Source: Polyangiaceae bacterium (GTDB lineage: Bacteria > Myxococcota_A > Polyangia > Polyangiales > Polyangiaceae). From it: a stretch of 64,000 nt of DNA. The DNA is taken from contig JBILLK010000006.1 in assembly GCA_044376115.1 (NCBI GenBank), positions 1 to 64,000 of the forward strand. The letters run 5' to 3'. A program made the translations under genes and the position numbers. The notes beneath the pieces were generated by a model. That model searched no databases. It saw only the letters and a program-made list of their open reading frames with translations, and had not been told where the DNA came from. Below, piece after piece: positions 29,312 through 38,200 of this stretch; the first letter of the stretch is position 1; each line of letters starts with the position of its first letter.

Positions 29312-30806
29312 GTGAAGTACCAGCCCTGCGCACGCGTGAGCGTTCAGCTTTCCTTGCTCCTCGCGCTACCGCAGTGCGCGTCGTCTTCGCCACCGAGTGA
29401 GGGTCTCACTCGGTCTGCTACTTCGTCTGTGGCGAGCGTAAGTGCCCTTGCTGAAGGTCTGGTTCTAAGCGGTTCCGCCGCAGTGGAGGCGAAGGCGCCC
29501 GCGTACCCCCGCTCGCGGTCGTGGAGGTGGTGGCGCTCGGTTCGCGCGCTTGCGCACTCTTCAACGACGGAACGGCGCAGTGCTGGGGAGGTTTCAATCT
29601 TTTTGGCCAGCTCGGCCTTGGCGACACCCGGCTCCACAAGACGCCCGGTTGGGTCCTTGGACTCAAGGACGCCGCCAGCTTGGTCCTCTCTGCGAACAGA
29701 ACCTGTGCGCTAACAAAGCAGCACGCGCTCTTCTGTTGGGGGCTACCGCTCCCTGATCCAGGTCTCTCGCGCAAGGTCGTCTCTCGCGCAACCAAGATTG
29801 ACGGGGTCCTAAAGCCGGTCGCTGTGGCTTTGGGAGAGCACCATGCGTGCGTCGCCGAGGCGACGGGCGAGGTGCTCTGTTGGGGGACCAACCGTGATGG
29901 CCAACTTGGGCTCGGCAGCCAGCTGACGGAGGCGGCGGCGCCACAGAAGGTGGAGGGCCTCCCGGAGATCGACGGCCTTGCGGCGGATGGGCAGGTGACG
30001 GTCGCTTGGGCTCGCGATGGACGCCTGTTTGTTTGGGGGCGCCCCGACGGAGTAGAGCCAAAGTTGGACTTCAAGCGGCCTCATGAGGTCAAAGGTCTCT
30101 CGCGAGTGAAGCGCGCCAAGATCTCCAGCGATCACGTTTGTGCGTTGCTGCACGATGGCGAGGTCCGCTGTTTCACGCACCCGACCTTGGCCGACCTCGC
30201 GGCTGGAAAGCAGCACAATTTCGAAAGTGAGACGCGAGCCCTTGGGCAAGCGCTTCAAAAGGTTGGGCTCCTCAAGTCGAGCAAGAGTCGTAAGTCAAAG
30301 CCTTGGGTTGGCAGTTGGCTGTTTCCAGACGGGCGCGGAATCAGCGATGTGGTGGACCTCGCGGTCTTCAACAAGAACGCGACGGCCGTCACTGCGGCGG
30401 GCGAGGTCTTCTCCTGGGGCGACCCCAAACGAGGCACAGTGGGCCATCCGCCGGGGTCGCGTGGTTTCGTTGGGCCAACCAAGATTCGCGGTCTCAGCGG
30501 GGCGGTGAGCGTCGTGGGCGGCTTCATGCACCGTTGTGTGCTCGATTCAGCGGGCGCGGTGAGTTGCTTCGGAGAGGGTCGCCCAGGTGTGCTCGGCACC
30601 GCCGAGCGACGCAATGCTATTGAGGCGGTAAAGGTTGAGGGACTCCCTAGGATCATGGCGCTCGCATCCAACGACAACTGCGTCTTTGGCCTCGCGGAAG
30701 ACGGCGTCCTCTACGCGTGTGGGGCGAACGCGCTTGCGGGATCGACGCAGGCGACCTCCCGACGCCAGGTCCTGTCCCCGTACCGTTGCTCGCGCGCACC
30801 GAGTAA
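29312..30806 (+). pseudogene. RCC1/BLIP-II repeat protein with two apparent frameshifts
   Basis: CWGGFNLFGQLGLG, CWGTNRDGQLGLG repeats in 29521-30730; signal-like N-terminus in another frame; RCC1-like tail ACGIDAGDLPTPGPVPVPL..* in a third frame ending 30806. Confidence 0.65.
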
Positions 30807-30845
30807 GCACGATGCCAATGCTCTCTCGTCGTCCCTCTGTTTGAG

Positions 30846-31056
30846 TCAGCGGCCGAGTCCACTCTCCAGGTCGATTGCGATGTGACACAGGATGGCTGCG
30901 CCCGCCTGCAATCGGCACCGACGCGGGCGGCATGAAGAAGAGCCCGATGAAAGCCACGGCGATGATCAAGCCCACGAGCAGCGCCGTGTGCCAACGAGGT
31001 GCGAGCGGCGCCTCGCTGCTGGCTTTGAGCGTTGCTGCGGTGTTGGTCATGAGCAT
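30846..31056 (-). pseudogene. Internally deleted CPBP/Abi-family intramembrane protease remnant
   Basis: AAGGAG RBS + LAPRWHTALLVGLIIAVA N-terminus joined out of frame to AAILCHIAIDLESGLGR*, which resembles the terminal His motif of CPBP proteins. Confidence 0.5.
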
Positions 31057-31099
31057 GGCTAGCTCCTTGCTTCGTGTAAGCCGAATAGGAGCACTCCCC

Positions 31100-31231
31100 A
31101 TGATGACCGAAACCATTGCTCTCGCGACCCCAATGCTTGCCGCTGGTTGGTCCTTGCTCTACCTCCTTCTTGGCGGCGGCCTGGGCGGCGCGGTGATGAT
31201 CTTCCTCGGGCTAAAGGTGCTCGGGCGCTAG
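31100..31231 (+). CDS. 43-aa small membrane protein
   Basis: AGGAG RBS at 31087; MMTETIALATPMLAAGWSLLYLLLGGGLGGAVMIFLGLKVLGR. Confidence 0.7.
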   Translation: MMTETIALATPMLAAGWSLLYLLLGGGLGGAVMIFLGLKVLGR

Positions 31232-31234
31232 CAG

Positions 31235-32635
31235 CTAAAGTCGCTCTGTCGCGGTCTCCAGCCAGGCAACGCGGATGCGATTGCGATAGACGCCGGCGCT
31301 ATGGCCAACCGATTCGAAGCCACGCCCCACCGAGGTGTTGGCCAGGGTCAGCTCCAATGTCACGTCGCTGGTCGGGTCGGCCGCCTTCCGCGTGAAGGTG
31401 ATCGCGTTTTGGGGCATGCCCCAACCAGCGGTTGGTGAGGGCTCCGTGCTGAGTTGGGCGCTCCAATCGTCGAAGGTGAGCGCGAGCCGCGGCTTGCCCT
31501 CGTCGTGCAACGTGATGGTCAGCGGCTCGCCGCGTTTGAGCTCTCCTTCGGCGAGCGGGGCGAAGGGACCCTTCTCGGCGCTGGTCGCTTCGACGATGCG
31601 AAAGCGGCCTTGCTGGTCGAGGGCGGCGAGTCGAAGTGGACGCCCCACGGGATAATCGTGAGGCAGCGGTTCGACGAGTTGGCCGGGACAAGCGGAGAAC
31701 TCCAACCGGAGGCTCCGATGCCCGACGAACTGCATCGTCGTAAAGCTGTTGAGGTGCGAGTACACGGGCTCTGTGACTGCTGCCTGTGCTTCGATCTCGA
31801 GCGACGCGCCTGCGCCCATCAGAGCAAGACGTGCGTATTCGTGCGGGCCAGCGTCAGACGGGCCATAGTCAACTACGTAGCCGAGGGGCTTGGCCTCGGA
31901 CGCGAGGTGCCGCCGCGTGGGCCCGCGGCGATCCTCATCGCTTGCAAACAATGTCCAGCCGCGGTCGGTCGAGCGGCTGGTAAACGTCAATAGGGGCTCC
32001 AGGCGTAGCGTGTACCTGTCTCGTGCGACATACACAGATTCGCGGTGAGCGTTGACCGAAACCGCCCCCAGCGCAGGGCTCGCAAAGCTCCAGCTAGGTT
32101 CCTGGGTTTGCCTGACCCACAGTTGGTCGATGAGCGAGAGCGCGGGATGGGTACTGGGCGCGGGCCCCCGCTGCGCAAGAACCATCATCAAGCTGACTGT
32201 CGCAAAGCTCGTGATCGTTGCAACTCGAAGAGCAGGTCGGGGCGGCTCAACGGTACGCGCCGCGGCGACCAACATCAGCGCGCCCACCGCCATCGCGAAC
32301 AACCCTTTGTCGAGCATGCTGGTAGAAAAGAGCACCAGCGCGGAAAGGCCTGCACTTAGCCACAAGGTTGCGAGGCCGCGGGCGAGCGATCCCACAATCG
32401 CCCGCCGAGGGTGAAGGTCGATGCAACAGCCCACGGCCATCACCAAAGCCAGGCCTGGGCATGCAACATGGTTGCACCAGAACTTGAGCTGGCCGACGTC
32501 GAAACCGCCCGGCAGCACCCACCAGGCAACCCCAAACAGACCGGCGTGAAGTCCGAAGACAATCCGCCAAACGAGCCGTGCACGCGGCCTCAGCGAAAAC
32601 GATGGCGCTCTCGCGTGAGGTGAACTCGTGGTCAA
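31235..32635 (-). CDS. Hypothetical membrane protein (about 5 N-terminal TMs + soluble beta-rich domain)
   Basis: Long ORF; WW.LPGGF, EPLLTF.SRS.DRGWT, VYSHLNS, GRGFESVGH..GVYRNR look like conserved motifs. Confidence 0.75.
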   Translation of the reverse strand: MTTSSPHARAPSFSLRPRARLVWRIVFGLHAGLFGVAWWVLPGGFDVGQLKFWCNHVACPGLALVMAVGCCIDLHPRRAIVGSLARGLATLWLSAGLSALVLFSTSMLDKGLFAMAVGALMLVAAARTVEPPRPALRVATITSFATVSLMMVLAQRGPAPSTHPALSLIDQLWVRQTQEPSWSFASPALGAVSVNAHRESVYVARDRYTLRLEPLLTFTSRSTDRGWTLFASDEDRRGPTRRHLASEAKPLGYVVDYGPSDAGPHEYARLALMGAGASLEIEAQAAVTEPVYSHLNSFTTMQFVGHRSLRLEFSACPGQLVEPLPHDYPVGRPLRLAALDQQGRFRIVEATSAEKGPFAPLAEGELKRGEPLTITLHDEGKPRLALTFDDWSAQLSTEPSPTAGWGMPQNAITFTRKAADPTSDVTLELTLANTSVGRGFESVGHSAGVYRNRIRVAWLETATERL

Positions 32636-32691
32636 GACCGTAGCTTACCTTCATGAGCCGAGCTTCGCCTCGGTCGTGCTAATTCCTTCAT

Positions 32692-33225
32692 GTGGCAGCT
32701 AAGCTTGAACTCCGTACAGCCCGCCTCCACCTCGTTCGTCTCGGCGCGGAACACCTCGAGGACCTCGTCGAACTCGACGCCGATCCCGAGGTGATGAGGC
32801 ACCTGCCGACGAACGGCCCCAACACGCGCGAGCGTTACCGCGACGAACTGCTGCCGCGTATGACGGCCTGGGACGACAAGCCGTTCGGCTTTCTCGCCGC
32901 CTACGAAGAAGCCGCGTTCATCGGCTGGTTTCACCTGCGTCCGAGCGTCGCTGACGCCGAGGTGCTCGAGGTTGGCTATCGCTTGCGGCGTGCAACCTGG
33001 GGGCGCGGTCTGGCGACCGAGGGAACGCGTGCGCTCTTACGTCATGCCTTTGAAACGCTGGGAGAGAAGCAGGTCGACGCCTGCACGCTTCCCGAGAACA
33101 CCCCCTCGATCCGCGTGATGGTCAAATGCGGGATGAGCTACGCCGGTAGCTTCGTCCACCCGCGGATCCCGCGGGAAGTCGTGCGCTACCTAGTTCGAGC
33201 AGAAGACGCCGTATTGGAGGATTGA
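32692..33225 (+). CDS. GNAT N-acetyltransferase (RimJ/RimL type)
   Basis: LRTARL.L, DPEVMRHL, EVGYRL....WGRGLATEG, N..SIRVM.KCGM. Confidence 0.92.
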   Translation: MAAKLELRTARLHLVRLGAEHLEDLVELDADPEVMRHLPTNGPNTRERYRDELLPRMTAWDDKPFGFLAAYEEAAFIGWFHLRPSVADAEVLEVGYRLRRATWGRGLATEGTRALLRHAFETLGEKQVDACTLPENTPSIRVMVKCGMSYAGSFVHPRIPREVVRYLVRAEDAVLED

Positions 33226-33303
33226 GGCGGGCTTGAGTGGTGCGGCCAATCAGCCGCAAGGTGGGCCTCAGAATGGAAAGCGCGCTACCCTCGTCGGAAG
33301 TAC

Positions 33304-34599
33304 GTGAGTGATCCCGAAGCCGAGAGCCGTCTTGATGAGCCAACCGCTGTTCGCCCTGAAAAGGCAGCTCCGCGTCGCAACGTCGGGCGGATCTTGCTGT
33401 GGGTGCTGCTCGTGTTCTTCGTGCTGCTGGCGGGGGCGGCTGGAGGGACGTATTGGTTCATCAAGACGCTGCCTGAGCGTTTGCGGACGGCGATCATCGA
33501 TAAGGCTGCGGAGCGCGGCTTCACGGTCGAGTTTGAGTCGCTAACCGCCACCGCCATTTTGCCTTGGGAGTCGGGTGAGCCCAGCGTCGCGCTCACCGGC
33601 GTGAGCGTCACCTCGAAGGACTTTCCGGGCGTCGACGTATCGATCGACGCGGTCGCAGTTCCGCTCACCGGCACCTTTCCGAGCTACGAGCCCGGGCTGA
33701 TCACGGCCGATCACGTAACCGTGCGCACGCCCACCTTCGTCGCGCTCATTCCGGTCGAGCGCAGCGCACAATCGGGAGCCTTGGCGAAGACGCCGGTGGT
33801 CATCAATGACCTCACCATCCGCGTGAAGAGCATCGCGGATAGCTTGCCGCTGACCTTGTTGGCGACGGTGGACCAAATCGCGATCGAAGGGCGCGGGCTC
33901 GAGCTCAAGAAGGCGCGGGTAGAGATCCCGGTGCCGTTCGTGGACCTAGCCCTTGGGCCGACCTCTGCGGAGATCCAACGCAAAGACGGCTTCACCCGCG
34001 CACGGCTCGACAGCTTCCCCTTCATCTGGGCAACGCTCGATGATCAGGCCGAGGTGCTCAAGCTCGAGCTCGAGCCGATCGACAGCTCGCTCATCTCGAC
34101 CATGCTGAAGACTGAACTCCCAGCGATGAAGATCTCCGGCTCGGTGCAAGCCAACGTCGGCGGTAAGAAGGCCAAGAGCGGTAGCTTCTCCTTGCTCCTC
34201 GACGGCTACATTCCTCCGCATCCGAAGGAGGCCTCCGGCATTGTCTTCGGCAAGCAGACCAAGCTGAGCGGCAACGTGCGCGTGGACGGGCTGATCGTCT
34301 ACTTGAATGACCTCAACGTGGAGGCTGGCTCCTTCAAGTTACAAGGCTCCGGTAGTGTGAACTTCCTGACCGGGACGCTCGAGCTGCGGCTGCGAGGCAA
34401 CATCGCCTGTTCGGAGTTGGCGGTGAGCGCGGTCTCTGCGCACCTCGGTCGCGAAGCGGCGATTCTCACGCGAGGCCTGGCGTCCGGGCGCCTTGGCGGC
34501 ACCGTGGGCGTGCGGGTGAGCGTCGATGGAAAGCTCTCAGACATCGCCAACGTGAAGATTGTTCCCAGCGCGATGGTAGGCTGCAACATAAGCCTGTAA
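33304..34599 (+). CDS. Membrane-anchored beta-rich protein, AsmA-like
   Basis: Single N-terminal TM; beta-strand-rich body; C-terminal LQGSGSVNF..GTLELRL. Confidence 0.6.
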   Translation: MSDPEAESRLDEPTAVRPEKAAPRRNVGRILLWVLLVFFVLLAGAAGGTYWFIKTLPERLRTAIIDKAAERGFTVEFESLTATAILPWESGEPSVALTGVSVTSKDFPGVDVSIDAVAVPLTGTFPSYEPGLITADHVTVRTPTFVALIPVERSAQSGALAKTPVVINDLTIRVKSIADSLPLTLLATVDQIAIEGRGLELKKARVEIPVPFVDLALGPTSAEIQRKDGFTRARLDSFPFIWATLDDQAEVLKLELEPIDSSLISTMLKTELPAMKISGSVQANVGGKKAKSGSFSLLLDGYIPPHPKEASGIVFGKQTKLSGNVRVDGLIVYLNDLNVEAGSFKLQGSGSVNFLTGTLELRLRGNIACSELAVSAVSAHLGREAAILTRGLASGRLGGTVGVRVSVDGKLSDIANVKIVPSAMVGCNISL

Positions 34600-34690
34600 T
34601 CGCGTCGAATCGTCGAATTCTTTTCGGAAGCGCGACACGCGCGGGCTGGCTTCGGACATAAGGGTCCGTGCCTCTTTCGACAGGAAGCCC

Positions 34691-35287
34691 ATGCCCTCGC
34701 TGAGTCCGCCGAAAGCCCCCGCCAGTTTGGGGCAGCGTCTACAGGCCGGAGACGCGAGCGCGCTCGCGGATTTCTACGACGCGGAGGTCGAGGCCGTGTA
34801 CGCCTTCGTTTTTCCGCGGGTCGGGCGCGACGCGCAAATCGCTGAGGATCTGGTGCAAGAGACCTTCCTCGAGGGGCTGCGACGCATCGCCGAGTTCGAT
34901 GAGTCGCGCGCCTCGCTGGGGACGTGGTTGTGCCTGCTCTCGCGCAACCTGATTCGTCGAGAGCGCCGACTGGCTCGACATCACGCTGCATGGGAGGAGA
35001 TCGAGGCCAAGCTCGCGCTAGGCGCAGCTCGGCTCGAAGAGGCGGCTCTTGCGCCGGAGCTGCTCGAACTCTCGGAGACGGCTAGCTCGGTGGAGATGGT
35101 GTTGCGCGCGATCCCAGAGAATTATCGTCGGGCGCTCTCGCGCAAATACTTGGACGAGCTTTCGCTCGAGGAGTTGGCAGCGGAGCTCTCGCTCTCGTCT
35201 GTCGCGGCGAAGTCGCTGTTGGCGCGTGCGCGTGCTGCGTTTCGCGATGGGTTCTTGTTGCTGGCTACGGCGGAGGAAACGCGGTGA
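34691..35287 (+). CDS. ECF RNA polymerase sigma factor
   Basis: AEDLVQETF, F..SRASLGTWL (region 2); IPENYRRAL..KY..ELSLEELA..L......KSLLARAR (region 4). Confidence 0.93.
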   Translation: MPSLSPPKAPASLGQRLQAGDASALADFYDAEVEAVYAFVFPRVGRDAQIAEDLVQETFLEGLRRIAEFDESRASLGTWLCLLSRNLIRRERRLARHHAAWEEIEAKLALGAARLEEAALAPELLELSETASSVEMVLRAIPENYRRALSRKYLDELSLEELAAELSLSSVAAKSLLARARAAFRDGFLLLATAEETR

Positions 35288-38200
35288 GTGAAGAGACCAA
35301 GCCTGAGTCGGATGACGCTCAACTCGAACGCAACGTGGAAGCGCTGATGAAGCACGCCCAAAGCAGAAAGGAGCTCGAGCCGGCGCGTCTCAGCGGCGAT
35401 GCGAAGGAGCGCATTCGCGCGGAGCTCTTGGCGAAGTTGCCGCGAGCGAATGGGGAGTTGCCCCAGCCCAAGCCGGCTGGGAGCAGGGTTCGACGCCTCT
35501 GGCCGTTCGCTGCTGGTGCCTGCACCTTGGCCGCAGCGGCGGCCCTCGCGTTGGTCTTCACTCAATCCAAAGAGACCGTTCCCGAACTGCAGCACAAGAA
35601 CGCAACAGCGAGCCCGCTGCTGGTGACGCTGCGCGATGGCAGTCGGGCGACGCTCGACGTCGGCGCGGTGCTGATCGAGCGCAACCGCGGTGAGGTGGTG
35701 CTCGAGGCGGGTCGCGCGGTGTTCGACGTGGCTGCGGATCGCTCGCCGCTCGCGGTGGTGACCACGTTTGGACGAGCGACGGCGCAGGGGACGCGCTTTC
35801 TGGTTTCCAAAGAAGCCGACGCTGCGCGTGTGGCGGTGGCGCGAGGAGAGGTCGCGCTGGCCGATTCGTCGCAGCGTTCGGAGGCGGTGCACGTGGGCAG
35901 TGAGGGCGTCATCCGTTCGGGAGATGCGCCGCGCGTGATCGCTGGCCGCCGCATCTCGCACGAGTTCGCCTTTGCCGAGTTCGCTGCGGCGGAGAGCGCT
36001 GCGGCGGAGGCCCCGAAAGGGGGGCACGGCAACCTGACCGCGCGAGATCCGGGCTGGCGTCTGCCGGCCAAGATCGACAGCCGCAACTTCACGCTCGACG
36101 TGGTGGTGGAGGCGGGCTTCGCGCGAACCACGGTGGACCAAACGTTCTTCAACCCAACCAACCGATCGCTTGAAGGCCTCTATTCCTTTCAGGTTCCGCA
36201 CGAGGCGACGATCTCGCGCTTGGCGATGTACGTGGACGGCACCTTGATGGAAGGCGCCGTCGTCGATCGTTCGCGCGGCCGCGATATCTACGAGGGCATC
36301 GTGGAGCGGCGCCGCGACCCGGCGCTGCTCGAGTGGATGGGCGGTGACGCCTTCAAAATGCGCCTCTTCCCGCTGCCCGGACGCAGCGAGAAGCGCGTCT
36401 TTCTCTCCTACACCGAGCTGCTCTCACGCTCCTACGACACCACCGAGCTGAGCGTGCCGATCCCCGAGTTCGACACTCCGACGCGCAAGGCCTCGGTCTC
36501 GATTCGGCTGCGCGGTGGCGCACAAACTGAGCTCGTCTCGTCGAGCTTTGCGTTGGCTGAAACTGTGGATGGCTCGGATAAACTGCTGACCTGGGAGGCC
36601 AGCGAGCAGGTGCTCGGGAAGGATCTCGTGCTGCGCTTGCGCGAGCCCGTCACCGAGCCCGAACAGAGCAAGCGCGTCTCCTTCGAGGAGAACGGTAGCG
36701 GCTACAGTCTGATCAAGCTGCAGCCCGAGCTGCGTGGGGATGCAGCGCGGGCTGATGCTCCCCGGCACATCGTGGTGCTGCTCGACGCATCGAGCTCGAT
36801 TCGCGCGAGCGCGTTGGCCAAGGAGCAGGCGTTCGTATCGGGGCTGATTGACTCGGTGGACAGCGATGACGTGGTGGACGTGGTGGCCTTCGGTCATCGC
36901 GCCGAGACCTGGAACCGACGTGAACCGCTCGGCGACTTCGTGGCCGGCGTGGCACTTTATGGCGGAGATTCGCGCGTGGATCGCGCACTCGACAAGGCGA
37001 CGGCTTTGCTCAGCGAGCGCGCGGCGAGCGAGCGGCTCGTGGTGTATGTGGGAGACGGCAGCTTTACCAGCGTCGAGAAGCCGTTGGATGGCGCTGCTCT
37101 CGCGCAGAAGGTGAGCGCTGCGGGGGGGAGCTTTTACGGCGTTGGCGTCGGACCGAACGTGGACCGCGGTGCCTTGGACACGGTGGCCGCTGGTGCGGGG
37201 GGCTTCGTGATCAGCGTGGGGGAGGAGGACTCGGCCAAAGCGCGTGCCTTCGATTTCTTCGCGCGTACGGTGACGCCGTGTCTTCGTGATCTGAAGGCCA
37301 CGGCGCTGCGAGGGGAGGCCGCGCTACAGGCGGCCGAGGTACTGATTGAGTCGCCGGTGGTATGCGATGGAGCGGAGCTGCGCGTCCTGCTCAAGACGCC
37401 CGTGGGAACGCCAGCGGATGGTGTGCGGGTTCAAGGTTCTGTGGGCGGCAAGGCCTGGGAGAAGCGAATCAGCTTCGGCGCCGCCAGCGCCACGCCGGCC
37501 AACTATCTGCCAAGGCTGTTCGCCGAATGGCGAGTCAAGGAGCTGCTACGCAAAGCGCCGATGTTGCCAGGCGCGTCGGAGTCGCCGCATCAGGAAGAGC
37601 TCACCAAGCTCGGGATGGAGCACTTCTTGGTGACGCCCTTCACCTCGTTGCTCGTGCTCGAGAACGACAAGATGTACAAGCAGTACGGCGTCGAGCAGCG
37701 CGCGCCGAAGGGGTTCGCTGTTTATGCAGCGCCGTCCACCATCCCCGTGGTGACGGAGCCGACCGACAAGCGTGGCCCACTTTCGATGGCAGCCGCTTTC
37801 GAGGTGGTCGAGCGCTCGCGTATGTCCTTCTTTTCGACCTGGGATCAGTCGGAACATCACTACCAGGGCATAGGCTTGGGCGGCATCGGCACCATTGGCT
37901 TCGGAAGCGGCATTGGTAGCATCGGCGGCGGCATCCGCTTGAGCGGCATTGGTGAAGGCGGCGGCGGCTTTGGCAGCATTCGAATGGGTGGGCGCTTGGG
38001 CGGGAGCCATCGTTCGCGACCGGATTGGGACAGCGTATCGACGCGCACGTTGGCCAGTCGGTCACCTCGCTCAGCCTCGCCCTTCGAACAACGCTTCGAA
38101 GCACGTTCCGAGGAGGTCTTCGCCGAATGGGGCACCTCGGTGGGAGACGAGTCGGACTGGCTGCGTCTCGCCTTCACCCAGGTGCGGCCCGCCGCCATGC

